From Diplonema japonicum (Eukaryota; Protista; Euglenozoa: Diplonemea): a stretch of DNA of 64,000 nt. The position numbers were made by a program, and so were the translations under genes. Shown here piece by piece: positions 21,785-35,300 of this stretch; within the stretch, counting starts at the first letter, position 1; each line of letters starts with the position of its first letter. The stretch covers positions 310,001-374,000 of the forward strand of contig OZ025674.1 of the NCBI GenBank assembly GCA_964019335.1, written 5' to 3'. Below the pieces are notes generated by a model that was given only the letters and a program-made list of their open reading frames with translations, was not told the DNA's origin and did no database searches.

Positions 21785-22409
21785 GTAAACCAAGATGAGG
21801 CGTGCATCTAGTTTTCCCCCTTTCCTTCCCCATATTGTTTCTCGTTACTCTGTGTTGCTGCTGCTGACTGCTTTTTTTGTTTTCTTCTTTTTTTTTTCCC
21901 CCCCTTGCTTCTTGGATAAGAACACACTTGTTTCCGCTATGGGGGCAATCCCCACTTTTTTTTTTTTTTTTTTTTTGTATTCCCACTTGCCACTCTCTGC
22001 TTCCAACCATCATTCACCCCATAGTCATTTTTCTTATGCGATGCATACAAATTTCTTTTTGATTTTCGGCGGTCACAGAAGGGAGGGGGAGAAAGGGAGG
22101 GGGAAAAAAAAAAGAAAGGCAATTTGTTAGCTTCTTCAAGAAGAACAGGACCTTTGGATTATCTCCCCCCCCCCCCCCCCCATCGCTTATTCTACCCTAC
22201 CGTCTTTATGCTCTTTGGCGTTTTATTTCTTTTTTTTTTATATCTTATTTTTCCCTTACCTTTTTTTTTCTCTTTTTTTTTCCTCCACTTTACTTTACAT
22301 TACATTCTACTATCTTGCATCCCCCCTTTTTTTTTGACACACGATTTTTTTTTTCCTTTTTTTTTTGTGCGAGAAAATTAAAAAGGGCTGTTTTTTTTTT
22401 CCCGTTCCG

Positions 22410-22441
<32 letters not shown>

Positions 22442-22796
22442 ATAAGTATAGAAATTACATGATTTTTTTCAAAAAAAAAAAAAAACAAAAAAAGGCATTA
22501 GACCTCTATACATGAGAGTTGCCTCTTCTCCCCCCCCCCCCCCCCCTATTAACTTTATTAGGAACTGTACACTACACAAATTTTCGTAAAGAGGAAATAA
22601 AACGTTAGCTTGAAATGCCGATTTGGTACAGAGGAAGAAGGGGAATAAGTAAAGGAGAACAACTGTGATTGTCCGATCTGCTCTTCTTATGTCTCTGCCC
22701 CTAACCCCCCTCCTCTGAGAGAACCAATTGGTTTTATTTAAAAGGAAATATAAATACCAACATGAAGGCCCTTACCCGGCCAAGGCGGCATAAAAC

Positions 22797-22831
<35 letters not shown>

Positions 22832-24655
22832 CCGTAAAGGAAAGGATGTATCCGGGATCCCTTGTCCTTTGGGAACGAAAGGAAAAACAAAAAGAAGTAA
22901 ACAATTAAAAGAAAAATAAAACGTTTTTTTTTTTTTTTTTTTTTTTTTTTATTCCACACAACAGGTTTACTGAAAACGTTTTTTTTCTTTTTTTTTTCAA
23001 ATATTTTTTTTTTATATAAAATACATAACTAGCTGGAGAAAGAAAGAAGGTTTTTAAAAGAGCGACAGCGGGAGAAGAGCGGAAGAAGAAAAAATTTCTC
23101 CCCCCCCCCCCGTCCACTATTGCCCTACGCACCCCCCCCCCTTTTTTGAGGTTTTCCGACGAATCTTACCTGAAAATGGCATTTGGTCAGAAAAGCAGTA
23201 GGGTTAGGGGAGGGGTGAAAAGATTTAAAAAAAAAAAGAAAAGAGAGAGTACAACTAAAATATCGATTTAAAAATGAGGAAAACGATAGAACGGAGTTGG
23301 CAGATAAAAGAGGGTTTTTTTTTTTTTTTTTTTCCCCCGCTTTTTTTAATTTTTTTTTTTAATTTGCAACCATAGAAAGTGTAGTTTAAAAGGGAAAAAA
23401 AAAAAGAAGAAACGAGGAAAGAAAAATACAACAACAGCAGTCAAGCAGAAATGAAAGAGTCATTGAAAAATAATATAAAAAAAAGCCCCCCATTCCCCAT
23501 CCTTTCTAACTGTTCTTTATTCTATTTTTTCAAGCAGGTCGGGGGGGGTTGGTAACCATTTCTTTTTCCCCCTTCCAGTGAACCCGCACCCTCACTATTT
23601 GAACATAAAACAATAAGGGAAAAAAGAAAAAAGAAAAAAAAAAAAAAGAACCCAAAAAAGAAGAGGGGCGGGAAGAAGAAAAAAAAAAGAAGTGGATGAA
23701 AGAAGGGATGTACAAAACAAGAGCGCAGAGGGCAAGAACGGGAGGAAAAAAAAATAAAAATAAAAAAAATAATAAAGAAATGCACACCACATTTATTCTA
23801 AGTACAGGTGCGCTACCCCTGCTTGTGTATTCTCTTTATTTATTCCCCCCCTTCCCCCTTCTTTTAACAGATCTTTTCCTTACTTCTTCCTTGCTATAAG
23901 GGAATGGAAGGAACGAGACAAAAGAAAAAAAAAAATCCCTTTTTCCTTTCTTTTTTTTTCCCCCCCCTCTTTTCTTCTTTCTTCTTCTTTTTTTTTTTTC
24001 AAGTTTTTTTTTTCTTTTCCTATTTTTTTTTTGTGTAAAACCTTAGGTATAGTGAGTTGTGATGCACAGAAATAAACAAAAAAAAAATGAAAATGAAACA
24101 AAAAATAAGAAATTCGCTGTTAGTTTCGTCCCCTTCCTCCCTTAAATCCTCCTTTTCTCCCCCCCCCCCTTCTTTGTTTTCCTTTGAGTGAGCCTTCTAC
24201 ACCTGCTTAGTACCGTAGTAGAGCCGAGGAAAAGAAGTGGGGAGGAGAAAAAAAAAAAAAAAAAAAAGAGGAAGGGAGAAAGGGGCAGGAAAGAACGGAG
24301 AAATTCACAAAATAACACAAGCATCTAGGTAGCAGGGTCTCCCCTCTTTTTTTTTTCTTTTTTTTTTTTTTTTCTTTCTATTCCCCGTGAAAAACTGGTT
24401 CGCGGGCCTGTGCTTGTAGTTTGAGGTAACACTTCTTTCTCTTGCTTGTGTGCGGAGAGAAATATTGGAACGGTAGACAGAAAGAAACCAGGCACATGGT
24501 CACGCAGAGCCCCTATGATCCCCCCTCCTCCCATATCCTCAACAAAGGGGAAAACGAAAAGAAACAAGAAAATTTGCTCCTTTCTTTGTTCTCTTTTTTT
24601 TTTTTTTACCTAAAAAAAAAAAAGAAAAAAGAAAAAAAAAAAAGAACCAAAAGAG

Positions 24656-24687
<32 letters not shown>

Positions 24688-26360
24688 ACCACACTTCTTT
24701 TTTTTTCTTTCTTTTTTTTTTTGTACCTACCTTGTAAATGTTTACCTTAACGGAAAAAAAAAAAGAAAAAAAAGAAGAAGACAGGAGAAGAGAAATGAAA
24801 AGAAATCAAAAGACAAAATTTTTTTTATTTACAAACGAAGGAAAAGAAGTTTTTTTTTGTTTCCAGGGGTGTCCTTTAAAACATGGCATTCTCTACTTTA
24901 GTTAAAGTTCTCTCTTTTACCGAGAGCATGTTTCCTTTTCCTTTCCCCCCCCCCTTTTTTTTTCTCTTTTATGTTGCATGTCCACCCTGTTGAAACCTGA
25001 CATTGGACACAATGAAGGAACCTTTTTTTTTTTTTTTTATGTCCTTCAAAATTAAAAAAAAGAAAATACAACAATAACAACCACGATAAAAAGCCTTTTG
25101 GACTTACAGCCCTCGCTACTTATCCACTTTTTTTTTTTGTCTTCTTTGATCTTTCTCCTCTGTCCACATACAGCCCCCACGACTGCTTCTCCTAGGTAGG
25201 CAGTATTTCTGTTCACTGAGGAAGGAGAGGATAACGACTTTGGGGGTGGGTTGCTTTATTATTTTTTTTTTTAAAGCTTTACCTGGTTTACTGAGGGAAA
25301 ACCAAAGAAGGGGAAAAGGGTCAGAAAAGGCGATCGGGGATCCGACCTTTTTTTTTTATTGTATTGGAAAGATGAGGGTAGAGAAGTACCCCCCCCCCCC
25401 CCCCCCCATACAGTGGGAAGGGAAGGAAATAAAAAAAGTCGGTATTAGTTAGTGAGTGGGAAGGAAATAAATAAAAGAAAAAGGGTGTGTGTTTAAGCAG
25501 AAGGGAGAAGAATGGGGACCGGGCCATTAAGTGGAAGAAACAGAAAGAAAAAAAAAAGTACAAGGAAATGTGATGGCTTTCATATTTTCCTTTTATTATT
25601 ATTATTTTTTTTTTGTTCTTCTTCTTTTCCCCCTTCCTCTCTCTACTCCCCTCGGTTTTTTTTTGCTGCCCCTCAACTTTCCGCTTATTGCCTTTTATCT
25701 TCTTTTTTTTTTCCTTTTTTCTTTTCCCCCACCCCCCATTTTTTTTTTCTCTCTTCGTTAGTTGCATGGTCCGTGTTTCATGCCTTCTCCACATTTCTTC
25801 TTACTTAGAGGATGCCCCCCCCCTTTTTTTTCACTTTGTAGCTGAACCCAGTGTTTCCACCAGAAGCCCTTTGTCTTCTTACCTTTTCTTTCTTTCTTTT
25901 TTTTTTCTCCTTCTTTTTTTTCCTACCGAGTGCCTTGCTTGGGGTAGGAGAAAAAAAAAAAAGGAAGGAAGAAATGGGAAAAAAGAGAAGAAAAAAAAAA
26001 TACAACATGGAAACAAACACTAACTTTTTTTTTTTTTAAAGGGTGGTCCCAAGTGTGGGGTCCGCTCTTAGACATCGCCCCCCCCCTCTCTCCCCTCCCC
26101 TTTCCCCCATTTTCTTTTTTTCCTTTGTAAGTCGGCTTTTTTATTTTTATTTTATTTTTTTTGTTCAAATGTAACATGGTTGGAAAAGAAAATGATAATA
26201 AAACTTGTATTATATGTGCCGAGTAAGGATTTACTACTACAGGTTTACTCTACCTTTGCTTTTTACCCCCCTTACTCGAGCGAAGAACTAAAACGACAAG
26301 TTTTTACCATGTTACATTTTTCTTAAGGTGGTGGGGATAACATGGAAATATAAGAAGTAC
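21236..26360. repeat. ~5-kb low-complexity, gene-free tract (long 3' UTR or intergenic)
   Basis: Alternating A/G-rich and T/C-rich homopolymer blocks; all ORFs here are poly-F or poly-K artefacts. Confidence 0.8.
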
Positions 26361-26366
26361 ATCAGA

Positions 26367-26548
26367 TGTGTTGTTCGCTGTTGACCTCCCCGAGTGGAAG
26401 AACGTAACGCAGATGCTCAGGGTGACGAACAGGCAGCAAACTGCACGAGCGCAGAATCTTGGTTACCCGGGACGCCCCGGCTAGGGTTGAACACACCGCA
26501 CGCATTAAGGACACGACGCGGAACGCAGAAGAAGCTACTGCTCGGCCG
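26367..26548. repeat. Dispersed short repeat (SINE-like), copy 1
   Basis: Homologous to 50431-50575, e.g. ACGCATTAAGGACACGACGCGGAA(C/T)GCAGAAGAAGCTAC(T/A)GCTCGGCCG. Confidence 0.8.
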
Positions 26549-26774
26549 AGGAGCGCCCCCTGTAATCAAGTAGGTAGTTCGTGCTTCATTGCACGCTTAA
26601 CGCCACCTAGTGTTGCAATCAAAGCCCCATTTCTTTTTTTTTTTTTTCTGGCCGTAATTTTTTTTTTTTTCCTCCACATCTTTATCATCTTGCGAAGCCC
26701 AAACCTTCTAACACGGTACTTTCACGCAGCCCGCAAAGAAGAAGAAAAAAAAAAAAAAAAAAAAAAAAAGAAAA

Positions 26775-27329
26775 ATGAAAGTAAAAATAATCGATCGCGG
26801 GCCCATCGACATGCGTCCGAGGGGTATTGAAGATGGTTCAGTGAAGCTCTTTAGTGCATTCAATAGAAATTACGAGTTTATGAATGTGCAGAAACATGCA
26901 AAGCGGAAAAGCTTTGTCCAGGCAAGACGGGGCAATCAGCGACAAAGCCTCATCACGGGGCAGCCTGAGAGGAAGGTGATGCAAGTCCCCGAGCTACCCG
27001 ATCTTGACATTGCACAGAAAGCTAAGAGAAGGGCGGTCCCTGTGCGCCTCACATCAGGCCATTGCGATGCCGTCCTTCCCAAGGAGATATACAGCCCCGT
27101 TGGTGCTCTGCAGTGTCTTATTGGGAAGACAGTACCCCCGATGGGGAAACCAGTCAAAGGGAAGGGCCGACGGGAGGACGAAACAGTGCAGGTCCACCAC
27201 ACGCCTGACCTGCCTCAAACCCCATTGCCCCCTGCGGGTAGGTGGCTCGTGCATTCTCTCAGCGTGACGGCAAGTAGTGTTGTTGTTTCCGATCCGGCCC
27301 TTTCGCTCCCTCCTGTGGCTCCTGTTTAA
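26775..27329 (+). CDS. Hypothetical protein (184 aa)
   Basis: Complex GC-rich ORF between homopolymer tracts with the usual A-rich context before the ATG; no recognised domain. Confidence 0.6.
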   Translation: MKVKIIDRGPIDMRPRGIEDGSVKLFSAFNRNYEFMNVQKHAKRKSFVQARRGNQRQSLITGQPERKVMQVPELPDLDIAQKAKRRAVPVRLTSGHCDAVLPKEIYSPVGALQCLIGKTVPPMGKPVKGKGRREDETVQVHHTPDLPQTPLPPAGRWLVHSLSVTASSVVVSDPALSLPPVAPV

Positions 27330-27540
27330 AAAAAAAAAAAAAGAAAAAAAAAAAGAGAAAAAAAGCTTATATATTCTCACCTTCCCCCCGCTGCTGCAGT
27401 GAATCGTTTGCCAACATACACTCCCTCTCCCCCCCCCTTTTTTTTTTTTACAAAAGAAAAATTGGAAGGGGTGTCTTTTTTTTTTTGTTCTTTTCTTCCG
27501 TGAAAGTAATCCTATCTTTCTTTTTTTTTTTTTTTTTTAA

Positions 27541-29285
27541 CCATCTACCAACGGACCATTTTTGCCCACCAGGGGGTAAATTTTCAAAACTTCAAAAAAA
27601 AACTATTCTAGCGCGACGCTGGGGCTATATGCCCCCGGAAATGCCTCCAGATGTCCCAATTCTAGAGAGAGGGTGCCCCCACAACATTGTCAAAAATATC
27701 GTTCCCGAAGTGCTCGAGAGGGGGTACAAAAAACAAGTCAAAAAAAATCGACTGTAAAATTCTATAAAAAGCTATTTAAGGCCTTCTTGACGCGGTTCGT
27801 ACGTGCCCCAGGGCTGGGGGACTTCTTTTTTGACCCCGAGAGGGGTTTCTGGGGGGTACCCCGGCAAGGTGGCAGTCTTTGAAGCACGGAGTCACGCAAA
27901 GTTGTACCAAGCAGGCTGAACACTGAAATAGGGGTCTTTTCGACTTGCAATGCTTGCACCGCACGTTGCGGGGAAATGGTCCCAGAAGGTACTGTCGCGT
28001 CGCATTGGGGCCTCAGGGCACTCGTTCTGTGTTTCGGGGCATGGTATTGGGGCAGCCTGCTCTGTAGTTGACTTTAGCTGTTGTTTGGGCAGCCTCCCTA
28101 GTAGCCCTTCGATGACTGCCTCTTTGAAAGGCGTGAATCCACTGTCGTTCATACTCAGGGTGTTGGGGGGCAATGCAAGTACGAAAATACTTTCAGGGGC
28201 CACTTCGAAGTCATAAGGGTGCGTTTATGGCGTTTTGTCACAGCGTCACCCAGCGTCGGTTCCGCCCATTGCGGTGTAATATGCACTTGGTGGGGAGCGG
28301 GATGTCCTTTCTGGAGGGCCTCCGGCTTTCATTCTCTTTTGGCCGACACGCCAAATTTGACTTCACCAGAACATCCAACGTCGACAGAAAGCGCACAGGC
28401 TTGATGTCATGCCACGTTGTGGTGCAAAGGATGCTCACGTGCTGGTGGAACTGGGTGTCCCCACAGGATGCGCGTCCTTGGGCTTGCGGCCTCGCTTCTT
28501 TGGGGCATCCGTGATCTCCGGGAGGCCTTTGCGATAGGTAGAAGTCAGCACGCTTGTTTGTTTCGCTGTGGAAACACAGATTTCCCAGAATAGTCAAAAA
28601 GCGGTCTCTTGACATGACGGTGGCGTACCCAGGGGTGTGGTTGAGAGCCGTGGAGCCAGTGCGCCAGTAGTCAGAATAATCTGGCTTGATATCCAAGTCC
28701 ATCGACAAAAGGACACCTAGGAAGGTATGCAGAGAAGCAGCATCGAGATCCAGGGAAACACCTTTTTTAGCCGCATTTGCCACATTGTTCGAAGTTATGA
28801 CCCGAATAACGTTTGGGACGAGCATTTGGGAGAATATATGGAATGGCGTTGAGCCTCTGATGTCAAAACAGGGTCCACAAGGATTCCGATCTTCACGAAA
28901 CCGGATGCCTTCCAACTGCTCCGGCTTTGCCGTCCAATCACCCTGCTGTGACTCGGAATCGGTCGAATTCGAATCAGAATCACTGTTCGTATCAAAATTG
29001 CATAATAGGGATGAGCCATCAGTGCTACCATCACTCATAATGTCCTCTTCCGGCCTCTTTCTGGGTGCCCTTTTTTGAAGTGATTTTAAGGGTAAATTTG
29101 GGCTGGCGTTTTTTTTTATTTTTTCATTTTCTTGCAAAGTTAGGGCAGCATTTAGTTTATATTTTTCATATTTTCCGCGCAGGACCCCGGATGCGAGAAG
29201 TGTCCGGGCTGTATTGCATTGAAAGCCCTTTGCGCAAAAGATTTTTTTTCAAATCGTCTCTATAAAGACGCTCGTTGGTAGATGG
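27541..29285 (-). mobile_element. Internally deleted piggyBac transposon, 1,745 bp
   Basis: TTAA TSDs (27537-27540, 29286-29289) and 13-bp TIR CCATCTACCAACG. Minus-strand transposase remnants TPFHIF...FLGVLLSM...DYW...MSRDRFLTILGNLCF, WHDIKPVRFLST and CKHC...CSACLVQLCVTPCFKDCH. The catalytic core is missing. Confidence 0.92.
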
Positions 29286-29358
29286 TTAAAAAGAAAATGC
29301 TCCGCAACCCAACACAGGAGGCGGGGAGGCAAAAGGGGGGGCACCCCCCTACCCCAAC

Positions 29359-32300
29359 ATGACGACAGAACTTGCCCCAACAGAGTCGGACATCCCCTAT
29401 GTTCTGTCAATGGTGTTGCTCGCCATCAGCATATTGATGTATTTAATGCACTCCCACCGCATGGTGGGCTGGCTGGTGAGCAGGCTCCTGGAACGGTTCA
29501 TCCTAGAAGACACAGTGCTGGTCAGTATAGGCAGCATCATGATCTCCCCACTGTCAGGGCGCATCATGTTGAAGGACATCCGATACTTCTCGAGAAACTC
29601 GTCACTAGTAGTCACTGATGGGTACATCACAATCAACTGGTGGGGGAAACACTGCAGCCTTAAGGAAGGCAACCCTAAGGTAAAGGTACATCTCAACGGG
29701 CTGCAGTGGACTCTTTACAACCACGTCACGAAGTACGAGGATATCGAGGAAATGTTGAAACGACGGGGAGAAGGCAACGAGTTCTTCCAAGGGCTGCAGG
29801 AAGATTCCAGCACCACAAGAACGCGAAGCACGGACTGGAAACCAAACGGCGAGAAAATCGTCACAAGCTTCCACCAGAAAATCATGAACTTTGTCGGCCA
29901 CGTGTCGATCGACGTCCGTGAAGGCACCATGGCCTTTGGGACCCCCACCGCAAAAATGCCGTTTTTCTTCAACATGACGTTCAAAACAATGCGAGGGAAG
30001 CACATTCTCGACGAGAATATGTGCTGCAGAGACGATCGAATCGTCCTTGACTCTGATTTCACCGACGTGTGTGTTAAGTTGATTAAATACAGAGCGGACG
30101 AAGAAGGTAAAGGTGTCCCAACTGCAGAGGAGCCTCGCCCTGTGGTCGTTCAAGAAGAAGTCCGTGACACAGACGATGCCGCAACGGATATTGTCAGTGA
30201 TGCCAACAACACGAACAACACCGACGATCGTGGTGTCGTTAGGAGGATCGCGAAGGTCACAAAAAATCTCGCTGCTGGTATGAAGTTCGCATTTTATGGT
30301 GATCTCCCCGACATGCGGCCTGAGGCTGCAGCGTTGCGGCAGTACATCGTGCAGCCCGAACCGGAACAGTTGACACAGGTCTTCGGGACCATCATAGACC
30401 CTTCACAGTCTGCGTGCCTCCGCCTCTTCTTCTTCTACGACGTCCCCAACGTCGAAGAAACCGCCCACGAGAAGCTCAACCACAAGATCGAAGACCTCCC
30501 GAAACTCGGCATGCATATGGACATCCTTTCCGGCGAGATAAATTATGGGCCTTTCATCAACCTCATGCGTTCCAGAGCGCAGAGCCTCTTCCTTCCGTGG
30601 GATTTCCGAACGTGGGGCCTCTACAAACCCAGGGACGGCGATTGGCGAGAACACAGCTGCTACGAACAACTCATCACCTTCAGCTCCGACTGCAACATCG
30701 TCATCCCTTGGAGACAGAAAAAAGAAGGCTTCGACCCACCCAGAGGCCTTGCTTACTCTGGCAAGAACCAACGCATGGTCATCAAGGTTGGGAAGGGTTC
30801 TCGATATGTATATAAATACCCGTATCTGCAGATTGCGAAGGGAGAGGGGGTGCTCACGGAGACGTATTTCGAGGCGAAGAACTGCGTGATGACGACGAGC
30901 TTGACGGGTACGGAGTTTTTCAGGGCGAAGCACTTCTCGTTCCACATGGACTACCTGTACGCACCGGAGTTCGTCTTCAACGCGATGCACCACGTGGACT
31001 TCATCCTGAACGTGGTGCAGGGCGAGATGTGGTATTTGTCAGACCTCAGCACATACTTCTCTGACCTGGCCACGGACTGGGGGTACCCTTGGGCCATGTA
31101 CCTCGCAGAGGAATTCAAGGAGGGGTGGTCAGGGACGAAGGAGTTCATGGTGAAGGAGTACATGCCGTACATGCAACGGGTGGAGCTCTTCCTGGACGGC
31201 TTCGACCTCCACCTTAACGCCAACGAGGGGAATGTGATTACAGACCACTCGACGGAAGAGGGCAACACCATCATCACGTGCCGCCTTGGCAAAGGGCAGG
31301 TCGAGTACCTGATGCCCAACGATGTGTTCACAGTCGCACAGGAGAATGAGTTTGCCAACACGTTCGACATAAAGCTGTCCCCCGTTGAGTTCCTGCTGTC
31401 CCTCTCCGAGCAGCACGAGCAGAACAGCTTCATCCCTGAGTGCTTTGCGACAATAGAAAACATCCACCTGCACGGCACATCACGTTGCATGTGGCCCGAC
31501 ACGAACGAGGCACAAGGCAAGCCCGCCTGGGTCCCCAAACGAGACCCCCCTTCAACATGGACCAACACGCTTCCGAGGAAGCCCAAAACTGACACAACTC
31601 ACGAGATGGTCGATCTTCTCACAGTAACCCTCGAGGTGGAAAAGGTAACCTCCGTCCTCCAAGGTTGGCATCTGAAGCATCTCGGCCATCTAGCTAGCAA
31701 CTACGGCGGTGCGGACAGCTCCTTCGTTTCTCCGAAGGACTTCGCCAGGTTCGCGACCTTGGAGCACGTGGACGGGCGGAACGTACGCAGTGCCTTCACA
31801 ACGTACCTCGCAGCCACCCCATGGAAGACCAAAGAGGTCTCCTTGAACATGTCTGTCTCCTCATGCCATGTGTACCTGCCTCTCTCGCAACATTCTGTTT
31901 CGGTGTTTCAAGCGGATGCCGTTTTGATGCAAGAGGCGTCCATCAAGGAGCACATACACGCCCCGCCTATCGGAGTCATTGCGAAGGATGAGCATATCTT
32001 TGTCCTAGCTGTGCACCGTGGCCACGCGCGTGTGCGATTCAACAACACAGTGGGTTGGGTCAGCCTAGACGCCCTGGGGCCTGACCGTACGTACGGGGCA
32101 GCAACACGTCGGTACAAAAACGGGTTTGCATACTACGCAAAAAACCCAAGCTTCTGGCAGGAGGAGGGTACTGGGGACTTCATAGTAGTCTCGTTCCACG
32201 ATGCGGACATTGGTGTCTACACGACGCCAACTTGCTCGGACTTTTCTGTCACCTTGTCGCCGATCACTGTGCAGTGCCCTGTTGCGGGCACAAGCGACAA

Positions 32301-35300
32301 GCGGTCTCAAGGCCCCGAGTTCTTCATCGGGATCGACGGTTTGTCCTTCAACACCAGCAGCCTGTATGGCCCCGTGCCTGATTCTCTGTGCTTCTCAAAC
32401 AAGATTAAGGCACAAATTGGCAATGTAACAGGACACCTCCTGATCAGCCAAATGGTACTTATTGAAGAAATCGCAGAGACACTCACAACGCACCTTACCT
32501 ACAAGGACATAGGTCTACGGGACAGCATCGAGGCGGTGAAGACACCTTTGGAACAATCGCTCTGGGGACGATCGGTGGAGATAAGCGCGAACTGTACTGA
32601 TTACCAAAGGAAGCTGAGCAGAGAAGGGCTGCGTATGGAGTACGACACACTGGACTGTGCTGAGGTGCTGACGAACCCATGGTACTGCGAAGAAACCATG
32701 GCGAGCTTCAAGGCATGGCTGGACGCGAAGGAGGCTAAAGAACAAGATGCTTCAGAGAAGGCATACATGACACAGCACGTAGCGATCGAGTCCTTGGCGA
32801 TGAACGTCAAGCTAGAGCATGGCTACTTCACAGCAGCATGTCCAAAGGGCGTCTCGCTTGCTGCATCAACACTCCACGACGGCAACACGAACATGCGCGG
32901 CACTGTCATGGTTCCTTCCTTCGTCCTACGGCTTCTAAATTGCAAAGCAGGGAACCTGCTGCGCGAGATGGAGGGCGATCACCTAGAGGTAGGGTCCGTC
33001 TCAGGTGCATTCAGCGTACGCTATTCGGAATCGAAGTCCCTGCGTACCATGTCTAGTGGGGCAGTGTCTGAAGGGCAAGAAGCCCAGAGGATGTTCTTCC
33101 AAAAGTTTGACTTGTCGAACTATGGGCTGCGCGGGATCATCGACATCGAGTCGCATCAGTGGCTGCCTGCACCCGACACAAGCGTACTGGCGAGCAAGCG
33201 CTCACCCAGGTCCAGACCATTCTACGGGAATGATGATCCTTCCAACAACAACGTCTCTCCTCGGAAACGGCGGACCGTGCCACAGCAAAAAGATCAGACT
33301 GCTAACCCGTTGCTTAAGTTGCACCTGAACATCAATGACGCGGAAGAAGTCTCGCACTCGCTGGAAGTATCGCCCTCAACAGCAGAGCAGAAGGCAGACT
33401 ATACATTGGCAGTGAGAGCAGACACAGAGGCAGACCTGATCGACACACTGCAGGGTGACGTTGGTCTTATCGATCTGCACACTGCAGGGGCATCGCAAGG
33501 GGAGCGTACAGCACCTCCGTCGCCTGCGGATGTATCGCTTTATGAGCTGGGAACACCTCCTTCTGCTGTCACCCCGGAAGAGACTCCTCTCCACACACCC
33601 ACACATTCCCCGTTGCACCTTTTTTCTCCAATGCTGGGCACCTCCAGCAACCCTCTCGAGACATGTATGTCAGAGTTCAGCGACAACTCGTCCTCATCAG
33701 AAAACCGCGCCCGCTTCGTCGACAGGGGGTCCTCTAGGAAGTCCTCTTTGGGCAGACGTTCGTCGTTCGGATCGTTCTTTTCTGGGTCGATGCCATCGCT
33801 GCGGAGCGGTGGGGTCCCCGCGTCCTTGGGTTCCAGGAGGAAGTCTGTGCCGCTGCCGACACGGAGAAGGAGTCTGGACACGAACAGGCCGCCACGCCTT
33901 GTGGACAAGACGCTGTGGCCAACATACTGGGATGACAAGCGAGTGGAATCTTCGGACAGTTCTGGGGAGGATGAGGACGCGGAGCCGTTTGCATTCACAG
34001 CTAAAGGGCGTAACAGTAATGAGTGGGAACAGGGTGGCGGGGCGGCTATGAGTGAGTACGCGAGTTGCTTACAGAGCTACAAGTTGCATGTATTCAGAGG
34101 CATCCCTAAGGACTCTGCTCTGTTGTACGGGAAGGGGCATCTGTACGGTGATCCTGTCTACGCTCATGCACCGCACCCCAAAGTGACTTTCGAGGAGCGT
34201 GGGAAGAAGACCACCGACAACGTCCTATTCAGGTCGAGCAGCGATCGTGCTGGCGCTGACACTGCGTTTGCAAAGAACCTCCTCACACCCTCACAAGCGG
34301 TGGACACCACTGAGAACCAGAGAGAGCACACATCAACCTACCACACTCATGCTGCGTTCTTGCAGCCGCTCAACGTGCTTATGACGCAGAAGGCTGCGTG
34401 TCTCGTGATCCACGGTGCCGCGCTTCACTCGCTTTGGAAGCAAGACCTTCGCAGCCGCCACCCTCCATGCAAGGCAAAGCCGCAGAAAGGACCGAAGCAA
34501 GCGAAGCCGCAGAACAAGAAACGGGGGTTGTCCTTCAGGAATAAGGATAACAAGGTCGTTTTCAAGACTGAAAACATTGTCTCGCTGCAGCTGAACGAAA
34601 TGGTAGCTATCTGTGTGCTGGGCATATCCGATGAGGACGGTGAGGCAGGAGCGCCGCACACGCTGCGGTGTGTGATGCATAACATACAGCTCACACATTC
34701 GGTGAGGTCTTCAGGCATGACGCGTATGACCTCCGGACGGCATCCTGCAAACACCGTGTCGCTCCGTGTGGGTGCCATAGGTTGTGCTCTCCAGGCTGTG
34801 CAGTCGAAGTCTCTCGGCAAAGGTGTTGACATTCCCGACATGCCGCATGAGATGAGAGATATCCTTATTGTCCCTGAGCACCGCCTCCTGGCCATTGTCT
34901 GCATTTTGCCTTCTGCTTCCTTGCCGTCGTGCTTACTGATACGAGGGAAGAGCGAGCAGGTGCCCCAGTCTTCCGACTACCTGCGGAAGTACGTTGTGCA
35001 CCTCACGAACGTCACCGTCGATGTGGTGAAGGAGGCTCTGCGGCTGCGCACCGCGTCGACTCAGATTTCGTTCCTGAACTTCCTATGGAAGGAGATGCAG
35101 AACGAGGACGAGACCCAGTCGGATTTCGACCCGCTGCCGCTTAGTGCAGAGGATACGCCGCTGCAGCCTGACGCCTCGGTGTCATGCATGAGTTACGTGT
35201 TTGTGGACGTCGACGCCAGCAACATAGGAGGGGACACGAACCGACCACCCACTCTGCAAAGAGTGAGGTGTGCAGCTAGAAAAATGCTGTTCGGTGCCAC

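Noticed and set aside
22695-23210. Interstitial telomeric repeats (CCCTAACCC / GGGTTAGGG)
   Set aside because: Isolated single units in C- or G-rich low-complexity DNA, expected by chance.
21236-26360. Poly-Phe and poly-Lys ORFs
   Set aside because: Translations of homopolymer tracts.
26367-26560. HDV-like ribozyme on the minus strand (GGGGGC...GCG-TTCCGCGT-CGT)
   Set aside because: P1 would be mostly G-U pairs, the GG needed for P1.1 is absent, and the 5' strand is missing from copy 2.
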